From Podarcis erhardii (Eukaryota): a stretch of DNA of 64,000 nucleotides. Location: the NCBI GenBank assembly GCA_964252035.1, contig OZ176202.1; one strand, given 5' to 3'. Under the pieces are notes generated by a model. It was given only the letters and a program-made list of their open reading frames with translations, was not told the origin of the DNA and searched no databases. A program made the translations under genes and the position numbers. Below, in pieces: positions 36,332 to 49,977 of the stretch (the first letter of the stretch is position 1; every line of letters begins with the position of its first letter).

Positions 36332-37599
36332 AGCTTTTCTGAACAACTTAAAATTTAAAAATCTTTAAGCAGCATCAAACCTTAAAAAGTATCATAAAAA
36401 CAGATATAACATAAAAGTAAGTGTTATAGAATCAGGAATTTGGTGTTCACAGGGTCCCGTCTTGTGGGTTAGGGAAAACTTGTTTAGAACTAGCCTTGCA
36501 TTCATGGCCTGGGGACTGCTTCAAGTGTGGTGGTTTCTCACACCATGAAGGTCACATCAGAAACCTCTGGCTGTATATGGGAGTGGTCCATGCTGTGACT
36601 TGTTCTAGAAACTGGAGCAGTGTTGGCATAGGAACCAGCCACAGCATGGACTCCTCTCACAGGCCCCTGGGCTTCTGCTGTCACCTCAATGGCACAAGAA
36701 GGAGCCATGATGCAGTGGTTACCCAGGTAACGTACTGAAGGTCTTTCTTTTTTATTATGCAGATTGAGATGATAACTGAGACAATAGAATTACATATCCT
36801 GTTTCATTATGCAGGTGGGAAGAGGTCACTTCTTAATGTAGTAAATTATCTCAGTGATGCTTCTGTGTCTATGAAATACACTCCCCAGGCAGGCAAAAAT
36901 CTGCTGCTTTTAAAATTTCCTGTTATCATTCGTCTGTTTCTGTAGTTTTTAAACACGTTTTTACTTTTCTTGCATTTTAAATCTGTTGCTGCTATTTTTT
37001 TTGTAATTGTTGGATCCTGTATCATAATTGCTGTTGTTTTAATCCCTCTTCCACTTTGTATGATGCTTCGAGAGTGATAGCTGTTGGGTATCTAATAAAT
37101 GTAATTAATAAATAAAGATTAGAGATAGGGTTTTAGTGTATTTCAGCCTACCTCAGATATAATAATCTTCTTACATATAGGGAACCTTGTATGCAACGTA
37201 GCATTAAAAAAATCTGTCCATCTTGCATTTCAAGTATGAAGGGGCACATTTTAGCATCAGAGTTCATCATATTTGGCATAATGTTTCTATCAGGGCTTTG
37301 TACTGCATGATCTGCTCCCTCTGAGCTGTTGCTTTCTTATTTTCTTCATAGAATCTGCTGGCCAAATCAATAAAATCATAATATACTCAGTTTGTGGTTA
37401 TGTCATTAAGTACTTGGTACTGCAGCATATGTGAAATCTAAACATCTGTTGGTCCAAATTTCTTCAGTAAAATTTGAAGTTATGCAATCATTATTTGCAG
37501 TAAGATTGTGTGAAAATGAACTGCACTGGAAATGTATTGGTGTATTATGAACACACTATAGATATATATATATATTAAAAACAAATTTTATCTTTTCAG

Positions 37600-37683
37600 G
37601 TTGCAGTAGTAAAATTGAAAAACGCAGATAAGGTATTTGCCATGAAAATATTAAATAAATGGGAGATGCTGAAAAGAGCTGAG
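37600..37683 (+). CDS. CDC42BPA: CDC42BPA exon (84 bp): [28 protein letters not shown], includes catalytic Lys (FAMK)
   Basis: ttttcAG acceptor, GTaaga donor, phase 0/0, kinase subdomain II. Confidence 0.97.
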
Positions 37684-40600
37684 GTAAGACTCTCAAGAAA
37701 TGTATACTCAAGCTTCTGTTAAGATTATTAGTTTTGGCTTCCATTATTGAAATAAAATATCATGAAATAAATGCAGAACTAGATTATTTATAAACACAGA
37801 ACATTTTGGGAAATAATGCCCAATCTAAAACATTTCCATTTCCAAAACTCCTTCTTCTTTGTATCCTTAATATTACCCTGCTTGCAAAAATGATTTAAGA
37901 TCTTTCCTTCAAGTTTTGACGTCTAACTTTTAAAATACAGATTTTTGTCTGCTAAGATGTTTTGATATGGATTCTGCAACCGGAGAAACCCAAAAATGTG
38001 TTTACAGAGTACCTTAAAAGATACTAGGCAATTTGGACACAGTTCTGTGTTTAGAAATAATCTAGTTCTGTTTGCATAACCAGACTTCCAGGCATAGATC
38101 CCTTGCTGGGAACAATATGCCATAATCTGTATGTGCCCAAGAGTTTCTGTGACTGGATCTAAGCATTAAGCGTATAGGTCTGTACACTTTGGTCATATTA
38201 CTGGATTGAGATATGTCTACAGTGCCCAAGTGTTCACCCCTGTGTACAGATCCTTATTTATATCAATGTACCAGTAGTATTTTGTGGTCTATTTGGATTT
38301 TGTTCCTTAGGTGACAGATATTAGTAATGGTTGATGGAAACTCCTTATACTTTATGAATAGCATTTATTATTTGCATATTATAAGTAAAAACGGAATTTA
38401 AAACCTGAGTGTCACACTTATAATTCCAGTATCTCCCTTGTTCCATAACCAAATGATATCAACATATGTGCATATACAGTTGTCTTAGACTGCATCAGAC
38501 TAGTCCAATATTTTCTTTTCTGGCTAGTAACAGCTTTCTCAGGCAGAACTTTTCCCCCATCCAGCTTATTCTTTAACTGGAAATGCCAGGAAGTAAACCT
38601 CAGATGTGAAAGCATGTGTTCTACCATTACAATATCCAGGCATTGGATAGCAGAAGGAGAGAGGGAAACTATAGTTAGTTTCTCTCAAGATGCAATGGAT
38701 GTCAAGAATTCCAACCAGCAGAACTTGTGGGAAGAGAAGCTTGCATAGAGAAAATAGTTCATAGGCTATAAATAGCCTTAGTTTAAGGGGAAGGTTGTTT
38801 TCAAACCAACTCTGTTATGATACATTCTCTTAGAAAGCTATCTCTATTTAGCTTTATTTTTTACATACCACAATTGTTAAATTTTTGAAATCTAAAATGC
38901 CTCCGAGTTTAAATAATGATGAGGACCTAGTGGCCTCATTGCCACATCATGGTCCACATCATGGATGCAGATACTATTCCTGCTTGGATCCTCCCCTTGC
39001 TCAATGTTGGGGAACCTTTCTCAGCCTGAGAGTTCAAGGGCAATATTCTTGGGGCTGCATGCCAGCAATGACCAAGTACAAACCATGACTTCACCCAGCA
39101 GCAGTTTGTTTGCACTGAAATAACCACAATCCGCAGTTTGGACATAGTGCTAAACTAGGGGTTGCCATTTGTTTCTCCCACACACTTGGTGATGAGTGAA
39201 TTAGGAGCCATTTGCAGGTTCACAGTAGACCATTAACTAGTTTGCTGTGACCTGCCAATGCAGCCGGTAACTCAAAAAGCACTGCTAATATTTTTTAGAT
39301 GCAAGTAATAATATGCATGATATTTTTATAATAAAATGCCATGATTAAAATGCCTACTTACGGGGAGCCTGGATAAAAAGATACATGAAGAAAACACACA
39401 CTCTATAGCTACACACACATACACAAAGTTTTAACATGTGGAATGGCATCCCTTCCAGACCATGGTAGATTCTACAACTAATGAAAATTGGCAGTTTAGA
39501 TATTTAGACTCCATCCAAATATAAACAGTGGGATGCAAAAATGCAGCTCAATTCCCTCATGTATACTGTAGTTCATTCCACAACTCTGATGGTAGTTAGT
39601 ATTATTTTAGAAAAAAAAATACTACTTTTGCTTCTAGTTAAAAATAGAAGCCTGAAACAACTGGATGGAGCAAGTTTAGCCTTTTGGGTATTGCATGCCA
39701 AAGGTCAGGATCCGAAGAGCTAGTTGTAGTGCAATCCGACGACTGTTTACTTGGCAGTAAGTCACATTCTGTTTGTCTGTGCCTTATGCCTATGAGGAGT
39801 CTTTAGGATTGCATCCCTCGGCTGAGTAAACATTGTACTACAGTATTGGGCTTTCAAAATTTATTTGTTTTTGCTCTGTTGAATTGTTAACTTGCTTTTT
39901 AAAAAACACAAACAACTTTGAACAGCTGCCACCCATGCAGTATCACAATTTCCCCAGTTTCAAAGGCAGCATGCCATGGTAGAGGGCTGTTGGTTGATGG
40001 GTTGATGTTTGAGAAAGGCAACTTTACTTCCACAAGTTGGCTATATTTCTGGGGAGTTAAAGCTGTTATATTTCATGAAGCATAGGTCTATCATTGGCTG
40101 TTGATCGAATCTCCATATTTGTGCAACTAAATACTGAGAGAGGGCGTGCTATGGGAGAGCAATTGCCTTCTCACAGCTTGGTTGTGGGCTTCCTTGAAAG
40201 AATCTGGTTGGCTGCTGTGGAAAGTAGGTTACAGGACTAGTTGGACTTTTCTTTTGACTCAGCATGGATCCTAATGTTGTACAAAGTGTATAAAAAACTT
40301 GAGCCTTCTCATTATACTGCTGGTTTCATATTAGTACATGTCTGTATTCAGTAACTTTAATATTTGATGCTTAAGCATACTAGGCAGAAAATCTATACCA
40401 TACACGGAGCCTTGAGAGAAATTCCATTGGATGGAATTTTGGGTCTTGTGTTGATTTCATAGATGCTGTGCACAAATAAACCTCCTGATAGATAAGGAGG
40501 TATGCGAGGCACAGTTTACAGTCTTATGCTCCTCTCTTTATGGAGTTCAAAACCCCATCCCCTACCAGTCTTAAGTATAGGTAGGCTAGTATTATGGTGG

Positions 40601-40763
40601 CAGCAGTAGTAATCATTCAGGGATCCCACCTTATCATAATTGAAAGCCACCTTAACTGTCAGCAGGTGAGAAGTAAAAAAAGTTGTGATATTACTCATAG
40701 CCAACCCCAAATTGCTTTCCTATGGTTAGCACAACTTTGCTGTGGTTAAGTGATGGTTTAGTT

Positions 40764-40893
40764 CAGGGTTGGGGAAAGTGTGTTCCTCCAGGTGTTGGTG
40801 GACTACAACCCCCATCATCCCTGACCTTTTGCAACACTGGCTGGGGCTCATGGGAGTACAACAACATATGGAGGGCCATGGCTCCCTTCCCCA
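40764..40893. mobile_element. hAT-type MITE
   Basis: cagggttggggaa terminus, cctccaggtgttggtggactacaacccccatcatccctg and acaacatatggagggcc. Confidence 0.7.
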
Positions 40894-41084
40894 TTTTAGC
40901 TGGAGAAAAATTGAATCTGCATTGGTACTAAAGATTAATACAACCTCTTAGTAATCAGATCATTACTCTTGGCTGCAGGAGAGATGACTTCCTTGTAATC
41001 CTACAGTGTTTCTAAGCATCTATCTAAATATATTTGTTTCATTATTCAAAATAGTACCTAAAATATTATTTTTCTACCCTCCAG

Positions 41085-41180
41085 ACAGCTTGTTTTCGAG
41101 AAGAGAGGGATGTGTTAGTGAACGGAGATAACCAATGGATTACAACATTGCACTATGCCTTTCAGGACGAAAACTATTTA
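41085..41180 (+). CDS. CDC42BPA: CDC42BPA exon (96 bp): [32 protein letters not shown]
   Basis: ctccAG acceptor, GTgagt donor. alphaC helix FREERD motif of DMPK/MRCK/ROCK kinases. Confidence 0.97.
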
Positions 41181-41849
41181 GTGAGTGTTACTTCAATGTG
41201 CTCTTTAAAAAATTTCAACTTTATTTATTTTACAGATTTATAAGCTGCTTCAAAGCCAGAAGCTATCAGAGTGATGTACAATAAGAGAAAATGTAACTCA
41301 AAACAAAATATATATGCTCTGAAAAAAATAAAACTGTTCCTAAGGACTCTAAAAGCAATAAAACCATTTTTAGAATCATACACTTAATATTTCATAAATT
41401 GACTAGGTCCTACTTCTGGATAAGACTTCTTAAACAGAAGCTTCTTAAGTAGCTGCCTAAGGATCAAGCCGCTAGCTGGCTTGTCTAATTTCAGCTGGTA
41501 ACTGATTCCAGAGGACTCGAGCTGCAACACTAAAGGTGCATACACACCATATGTTTAAAGTATGTGGCTGGTGTGTTCTACTATCTTCCCTTGCAATTGG
41601 TAAGAGAACAAAATGCTGCAGTTCCATAAGAGACACTGCTGCCATAGCAATACAGTTTCAAGATTGCCCCAGCATTACAGAACTTAAAATACCCTCTTTC
41701 TACTATAGAATAGAATGCAGTAGTTCTGCAATAGGAAAAGCACAATTACTGTCGCAGCACTGGTATTTCCTGCCCTAGTTCTGTTGTGCTTTTCGCATAT
41801 TTGCCTTTCTAAATTTGTTATAAGTGCCTTCTGTTTTCTTTTTTCCTAG

Positions 41850-41998
41850 TACCTGGTAATGGATTATTATGTGGGTGGTGATCTGCTTACCTTGCTTAGT
41901 AAGTTTGAGGACCGGTTACCTGAAGAAATGGCTCGCTTTTATTTGGCTGAAATGGTAGTAGCAATTGATTCTGTACATCAGCTGCATTATGTCCACCG
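41850..41998 (+). CDS. CDC42BPA: CDC42BPA exon (149 bp): [49 protein letters not shown](R)
   Basis: ttcctAG acceptor, GTaagt donor. Ends in phase 2 (CG), completed by the first G of the next exon to give Arg of HRD. Confidence 0.97.
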
Positions 41999-42908
41999 GT
42001 AAGTATAATCAATGGAATATATGAATCTTCACTATTTGATCTAAAGCAATGCTCACATTTCAGATCCAGAAGAAAATGAGGGAAATACTTAGTTGTTCTT
42101 TAAAGAATTACAGCACTGAAAATTAGCCAGATGATTTTGTTGCTTTTTGTTATTAGTTGACTTTTTGGTAAAACTGGAGGAAACGCTTTGGTGGTATTCA
42201 AACTTTTTTCATCTGTATGAGTTTCACTAAATCAGTCCTTTAGAGGCTTGGCTGAAACAGCATTTAATATTATCCAGTAACATATGGAATAACAATACTT
42301 GCATATCATTTGTGTGCTGTATAAAATTTGCTATGAAAAGTATGGTTTGTTTTTAGGATAGATGCTTTGCAGAATCAGGATTTGCATTTGGAATGAGACT
42401 TGAAGTTTGATTCTTGTATACGTCATCAAATAGATCAAATACTGGTTGATTTGTGTCCAGAAAATTAATGAATAAACTTATTTGTGCAGATAATTTAGAA
42501 GCTAGTTTTGTCTCTTTTAATGCAGAGATTATCCGTAAAAGGGTTGTAATGCTAAAGGCAGGCAGAGATATTTCCATAATTTATCAGTATTTGTTTAGGT
42601 CTGAGATCTTTGAAACCAATTTCTATAAAAGAATAAGGACACGATCAATTCCTCCACAAGATCCATGCAGATAGCACAGTGTGAAATCTCTGTTTGAACT
42701 CATTCACACCAGATAAGTTATGTGTACCATACTTTGTCTCTTCCATGTGAACTTTGCACAAACTGCTGCTTTGGCAGGGCATCTAGCATCCCAGGTCTAA
42801 GAGATAAAGATATAAATTCTACAATACTTTCCAGGGAGTAAGTCCCTCTGAATTTAGGTGGACTTAATTTTGAGTAGACAACATAGTTTTGTGCTGTATA
42901 TTATTTGT

Positions 42909-42937
<29 letters not shown>
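42909..42937. repeat. (TTGC)n microsatellite
   Basis: Direct observation. Confidence 0.92.
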
Positions 42938-42943
<6 letters not shown>

Positions 42944-44426
42944 ATTATCGCCCTTTACCCAGAGGTCTCTGGGTGGTTCACAGAACAATATGCAGCTGAT
43001 AGATTCATAGAAGATAGCGAGCTTGTGGGTGTCACTGAATTAGATTGTGGGTGTGTTTTTAACAAATGGATTCTATTTGTGACTTGGCTATGAAGTTCTG
43101 AACATACCGGTTTTGAGGTTTCAGTGTTCCAATAATATTCTAGTGTATTTATGATCTTAGTTTGGGCCTATGCACCATGTGTTGACTGTGCTGCTGTGTA
43201 ACTTGTAAATAATTTTCAATTCTTGCTTATATAACTACTGAAATAGAAGATTAAAACCAGCACAGAAAGGACTAAGATTTGACTTGACATACTGCTGAAA
43301 CTAAATTTGTTATAATTATAATGAAGTATTTTTGAAGAAGGTGGTTGTGGTTACTAGATTTACTGTGTTGCTTGTAGTCTGCAAGGAAAATATTTGTGTT
43401 AGAACAGTTAGAGGATTGAAAAGTTAAACGTGCACAATTTTGAGGCTGTTATCTTGTTCTACTCCGTACTTCATTGCTACTGAATGTCACTGTCTGAATA
43501 TAATAAACAGTGACTTTATGACTGTAGTGGCATGTGCTTCTCACCTATTTGATGCTTGCTTTATGACTTTTATTGAGACTCTCCTAGACTGTGTTGCCCT
43601 AAAATTGCATCATTGCTTTCTTGCCTGTAACTTCCATCTTGCTATCCCATTTCGTTGAGGGTTTTCCTGCTAAATAGAGAGTTGTGTTCTGCATACCTTC
43701 CAAACATAGCTTGAGTTAACTGCAATTAAAGGCCTTCATGTTCTGTGCCTTCCTTATGTCATTCAGGTTACATACACAGGACATTGTAGCATCCTCAGTT
43801 AACGTTGTGTGAATTCCAAACATATTTCTAGTTGACAAACTGACTCTGTTTCTTTCCTACGATACGTCAGTTATATTATCTATATGTGTTCATATATTTT
43901 CTTACAAAACTGTCTCAAAAAGAAAAGTACTGTAATATTGATTTCTTGAGATCCAACACTTCAACAGGAACTACAGTAGCAGATTGGTTGTCTAAGGAAG
44001 CTGGATGATTACTTAACTGTGAAATTTCCTTGAATGTTCATTGAAGATTGCCATATTTATTATATTGCATATTATTTTATTATTTGAGAAACTATATTTT
44101 GATTCATGGTGTGAACCAAAGTTATTTTGGTTTTGGTTTTGTTTGGAGGGGCAATACTAACCATTAGTGGTTGGTTGTGTGGTTCAATTCAAGGTAGGTT
44201 TACAACCTAAATAACTTGGGAGAATAGTAGAGATAGGCTAGGCTGAAGGAGCATTGAAATCAAAGTTGGTTAAATGGGAAGAGCAACAGCAGATATTTCA
44301 GAGCAGATGAAACTCTAGTGATCCTGAGATTTAATAGAAATACATAAGATGGCAGGAAGAAAAGTCAAAAGCTTCCAGGGCAGTAAGATTAAGAATAAAA
44401 AAAAGGGAGGTAGCACATGGGACTCT

Positions 44427-44571
44427 GAATAGCTCTGTTGGTAGAGCACGGGACTCTTAATCTCAGGGTCATGGGTTTGAGCCCCACATTGGACAAAAAG
44501 ATTCCTACATTGCAGGGGTTGGACTAGATGACTCGTGTGGTCCCTTCCAACTCTGTAGTTCTGTGATTCTA
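44427..44571 (+). mobile_element. tRNA-Lys(CTT)-derived SINE with CR1-derived 3' tail
   Basis: tagctctgttggtagagcacgggactcttaatctcagggtcatgggtttgagccccac resembles tRNA-Lys-CTT with mutated A and B boxes. It is followed by the CR1 tail ggttggactagatgac...cttccaactct. Confidence 0.8.
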
Positions 44572-44589
44572 GAACTTTCAGGAAAAGGA

Positions 44590-45255
44590 ATCATAGAATC
44601 ATAGAATCATAGAGTTGGAAGAGACCACAAGGGCCATCGACTCCAACCCCCGGCCAAGCAGGAAACACCATCAGAGCACTCCTGACGTATGGTTGTCAAG
44701 CCTCTGCTTAAAGACCTCCAAAGAAGGAGACTCCACCACACTCCTTGGCAGCAAATTCCACTGTCGAACAGCTCTTACTGTCAGGAAGTTCTTCCTAATG
44801 TTTAGGTGGAATCTTCTTTCTTGTAGTTTGGATCCATTGCTCCGTGTCCGCTTCTCTGGAGCAGCAGAAAACAACCTTTCTCCCTCCTCTATGTGACATC
44901 TTTTATATATTTGAACATGGCTATCATATCACCCCTTAACCTCCTCTTCCCCAAGCTAAACATGCCCAGCTCCCTTAGCCGTTCCTCATAAGGCATCGTT
45001 TCCAGGCCTTTGACCATTTTGGTTGCCCTCCTCTGGACACGTTTCAGTTTGTCAGTATCCTTCTTGAACTGTTGTGCCCAGAACTGGACACAGTACTCCA
45101 GGTGAGGTCTGACCAGAGCAGAATACAGTGGCACTATTACTTCCCTTGATCTAGATGCTATACTCCTATTGATGCAGCCCAGAATTGCATTGGCTTTTTT
45201 AGCTGCTGCGTCACACTGTTGGCTCATTTCAAGTTTGTGGTCAACCAAGACTCCT
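44590..45255 (-). mobile_element. CR1 LINE 3' fragment (~670 bp, 5'-truncated)
   Basis: ORF2 C-terminal peptides [31 protein letters not shown] and RTRSNGSKLQERRFHLNIRKNFLTVRAVRQWN. (GAATCATA)3 tail. 7-bp TSD aaaagga (44583-89 and 45256-62). Confidence 0.93.
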
Positions 45256-48252
45256 AAAAGGAGGAGGATGTTCCTAAGGAGCAGAATGTGCAGTTAGAGA
45301 CACGTGGGAGAAAGTATGAAGAGAATAACAGGGCAAGTGAAAGTTGGTGGAGATTACTGGTGTGATATGTGTCAATGGTGTGATTGCATGGATGAGGTGG
45401 TGAAGGATTTTAGGAACGTGGCAAGGAAATTAAACATAGCAAGAAATGGCAAGCATTGTTAGCAATGAAGTCTCTGAGAAATGGGCAGTGGCTTGACATG
45501 GAAAGGAGTGGAACTGAAAAGAGTGGATGCAGAGTAGAAAGGACTGTCCTTCAGTGTGTCAGCGTTACTGCAGTAGCTATGACTAAATTATTTGGACCTT
45601 TCCATCTTGAGCCATCGTTTGACTGCAGTGCATAACATTCTGTAATATTTTCCATCTTCAAATGGTTAAGCACACCAGAGTTAGATTAGCTGTTAGTTAA
45701 ATTAGATGTTTGCAGGCATGCTTCTTGTCTTGCTCATACTCCTTTCATAACAGATTCCCATGTCTTTCCTAGTATTGCTTGCAGCTTTTGCCAACGAGAC
45801 TGGCTTGCCTGTTTCATAAATCTCCTCGTTATATCCGAAATGACATATTTTATCACTTGGATTGCAGTTTACACAAACCATGCTTGTAAGGCATAGTTTT
45901 CTTTCAAAAATTTAAAACTGCAAAAGTCGTTAACTTGACCAGTCACTGAAATGTGACCCATTTCCCTTTTATTTTACTTGCAGCTGTAACAGTAGAAAGA
46001 AAAGGGAAAAAATTGTATGTGCCAGTGCTCTGTTCTAGAGAAAAGCCTGGGAACTTTCCCTGTCTAGAGGAAGCATTTGACAAGATGACTATTTTCCAGT
46101 ACTTAATAGAGGTGACAAAATCTGAAGCATGTGTTTCGAGAACTTCAGGTAGGGGCAGGGAACCTCAGGCCTGGGGGCTGATTGTGGACTCCAGTCCTTT
46201 CTGTTATCAGGGGGTCTTATTCTTTGTTTCCACTCTGCCTTAGCTAATTCTGTTTTAAAGGGGGGTGGATCACGGAGCTCTTGTTTTTAAAAGTGTGTGA
46301 ATAGGCTTAACATGCCTTCTGTAATTCCTGGATTAATTGAAATATTTAAATTAATTTAGTTGTTATCCCAGCATAAGAGAGTGACTTTTTAAATACTTCT
46401 TGGGAAGTAATGGTTCACAGAAATGAAACAATAGGAAAAGAAAAGAAAAAAATAATGCACAATACTTAAAACAAATGACTCACCCAAAACATCTCATAAA
46501 AAATTAAGAGAGCCAGAGGCTGGAGAACATAGTTCAATAGAGCTACCGCTGTGCACTTTGAATGAAAATATAAAACAGTCCAACATTTGATGTTCTTATT
46601 TTTTATTTCAATTAACCTTGATTAGTTTTCAGTTAACCTTGATTGACCCTTTTTCTGATTCATTTGATTATTGTCTCCTATATAGTAACATTGTTATATG
46701 ATAAAAATAAACATGCCAGATAATAGCTTCAGTCACACAAAAGAAGCACATATTTGGGAGGGCCTCCCCTACCTTTTCTCTTTCTACCATGCGCCCATCA
46801 AAATTTTATTCCACTTGCAGTTTAATACCCATGGGCAAAACAGCACCTGGGTGGCACATTTGTGCTACCTTGGGTTCCATGACAGAAGAAAGATTGGATA
46901 TAAATGTAATAAAAATGAAACTGATGGACAATCAACAGTATTTTACGGAATGCCACTTGAACACTATTATTTCTTTTATACAAGTTGGCCACAGTAGAGC
47001 CATAGAAAACCCTAGATCAGTAGAGCAATAAAGCAGATGGCATGGCAGTGAAGTGGCAGTTGAGTTCCAGCTATAGCTGTTCCTGGGAAATAGCAGGGTT
47101 TTCTTACTGTAAGATTGCAAATAGTTAACTCTGCCTCAGAGCCCCTGTTTCATCATTTCAGTACTTTGCTACATTTATCTAATAGTTGTCCACAGTAGAT
47201 TGCTAAGGACTGTTTGCTAATCTGTGAGAGCCACAAGTCCATTATGCTAGGCATCAGTTGCTTATGACAAAAGCACAAAGTACTCTTCTTTGGTCAAAGA
47301 TTAAAAACTCCCCAGAAATACTTTCCATTTATTATTGGGCAAGCCTGTGCCTGTTAAAGATGGCCAAGTGACAGAACTGGGGCTCTTTTCCATACCCCTA
47401 CATCATAAATAAATCTAGTGATTTATTTTTAGCATTTATTAGTCATCTTCAGAAATTTCCCAAGGCAATGTAAGGAAATTAAGCTTGGAATTTCTGATGA
47501 AATGTGATTATGCTGAGGCCAAAGGAAACCTAAAGAGCAAAGACAGAATTAGTCTGAAGCAGAATAGTACAGCTGCTTTTAACCTAAGAATGATTTTTGT
47601 TTGTGTTCTTAATAAATGATATTCATTTGGAATATTACATCTGCTGAATCTGACATATGTTAAAAGCAAATTTCTAGTTTATTTATCTTTGTGGTTTTCT
47701 ATGATAATAAAATCCTATTTGTATAATAATACAATAATAATAATGTACAATACTGTTAGAGTTCAGAGCTTGTGTGAGCAGGAATATGATCATTTAGCTC
47801 CAGAACTCAGCAACCCATTTTAATACTGAGGGCTTTCCCAAGTCCTTTGGGTTCCCATTTTGTGAATACTAATAGAAAACAAGAATATGCAGCTGGCCAC
47901 TACTTACATAGTCCATTCCAAACAGAATGAAAGAAGAGGGTTAGCATGTCACTGCCCCAAAGCGTCCTGAGCTTCAGTGATTTCAGAGGAAGAAATTGGG
48001 CTGAAATAGCAAGGGATAATATGGATGCATATGGGCTGAGTTGTATGATCTCAAAGCTTGCTTTCTCCTAGAGTTATAACATGAGCAATTTCCTACTTGC
48101 CTAAACTGTGAGTAGGACTATAGTACTTTGTTATGGAGGTTTAGACTAGGTGAGCAGACTAAGCTCAGCAGGGTCATGTACTATATGAAAGTGTGGGGGG
48201 TATAATTTCCCAATTAATTATTTTCTGCAGTTCCTCATAGGCCTTCAATTTG

Positions 48253-48369
48253 CATGAGTCTGACCAAACTGCGGGAGGCAGTGGAAGACAGGAGTGCCTG
48301 GCGTGCTCTGGTCCATGGGGTCACGAAGAGTCGGACACGACTAAACGACTAAACAACCAACAACAACAA
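48253..48369 (+). mobile_element. Bov-B/RTE LINE 3' terminal fragment with (CAA)n tail
   Basis: gcctggcgtgctctggtccatggggtcacgaagagtcggacacgactaaacgactaaacaac is the characteristic Bov-B 3' end as recalled. Confidence 0.85.
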
Positions 48370-49928
48370 TCCTGAGAACACTATGAACAATTTAGACCTA
48401 TATGTTCAAATACATATATACCTTCTTTTCAAGAAAAGGGAGGGGGATAAAAAGATGCATACTTTTCAAGCTATGCATGTTGACTGTTGATATTCCTCAA
48501 ATTTTGGGTATCTGCTTCAACATATAGTCCAGTACAGTTTGCTGCTTCTCAGTCAGTGATTTTTCAAAGATTACGCTTTTTCCTTTACCTAAGAGGGAGG
48601 AACATGTGTAGTGGGTGTTCTGATTCTTTCCTTTTTTCAGTACTTCAGGTGACATCAGAAATAGTTTATTACCATTTAGTGCATTTGCACAAAGAGACTG
48701 TGAAACAGCAGGTGGAAAATTATCTGTTTGAGCAGACAGATCAAAAACGTCTGTCGTACTTCCTGGGATTACAGCTAAATTACCAGTGATGCCAAACCTA
48801 AATGTTGATACCTTGTCACTTTTAAAAGAAAATTGGACCTTTCCTAATCATGTAAATTATGATTTGCTCATCAGGAGTCGCATTTTTATGAGGTATATGC
48901 CTAGTTGAGCAACACATAGCTGGGCTAATTGATGCTAGGCTTTTCCTGATGTCTTTCAAAAGGGTTTGTCGAGAGCTGCTATTGATTCAGGTGCAGTTGT
49001 GTTTATATAGTTTAAAAGCTAATAAAAACATTTCAGAAATCTTAACAGTTTCTTGAGCAGCAGGAAGTAGTGATATTATCGCCCCTATAGTTCAGCTGCT
49101 TTCAAATAGCAAAACTGGCTAAAATCCAAGCTGCAAAATTTTAAGGAAGCAGAGTACATTGTGGTGGAAATATACCTCAGAAGAGGAACAAAGTAGACAG
49201 GACATCTTTTATGTCTTGTGTCACTGATTTAAAAACCAAGCAAACCTAAAAGGCGGTTTAAAAGAAGGCCTGAGATTGGGACCATGATGCGGTAGATGAG
49301 ATATGGTATTGTCAGGGGTGGAGATGTGAGTCTGATTGGGACTACAGTGAGGGCAAAGGGTTAATATTCCCCTCCTTGCATCATGGTCTTGACCCACCTT
49401 CCTGGACAGCTGGTTTTTTAAAAAATCAATCTTGAAAGGGCAAATTGAACTCAGTGCAAACCTGCTATATAGAAGTTAAAAGTATTTGGCTTTACTGGCT
49501 TTGCATCGGTAACAGGATTTTTATGGACCCCATATAAATTGATCAACCAAAAATCTTTGCTCAGAACCAGTCATCTAAATATCTATTTGTATTGCTTGGA
49601 TTCTAACATTCAGGTTTTTAGAAAATTCATAACTTAGGGCAAGGTCATGAGTACCGGAGAGCAACTTGAAAGAGCCTAAGGATGGTATTAAGCTGAGAGC
49701 AAGTGAGGCTGTTCCCCACCACCACCCAAGGTTGCTGTGTATCCCCAGGCCTTAACAGGTTTGCTCCTGTTTAGGCTCCAGCCAACATGGGATGGGAATC
49801 TTGTACAGGGCTTACCGAATGGAATCTGGAGGAAGTGGGGAAGGAACCATTTTTCCCCTCCATATCCTTCCTCCATAGTATTACAAAGTGCTAAAGACTG
49901 ACTGCTCACCTTGAACCTCAGTACTTTA

Positions 49929-49977
49929 GTGTATGTATATATGTGTGTGTGTGTGTGCGCGCGCGCGCGCACACGTG
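49929..49977. repeat. 49-nt perfectly alternating purine-pyrimidine tract including (GT)n and (GC)7
   Basis: gtgtatgtatatatgtgtgtgtgtgtgtgcgcgcgcgcgcgcacacgtg, direct observation. Confidence 0.95.

Noticed and set aside
44427-44495. Apparent tRNA-Lys(CTT) gene
   Set aside because: The A and B boxes are mutated, the acceptor stem is broken, and it runs directly into a CR1 tail. It is a SINE head, not a tRNA gene.
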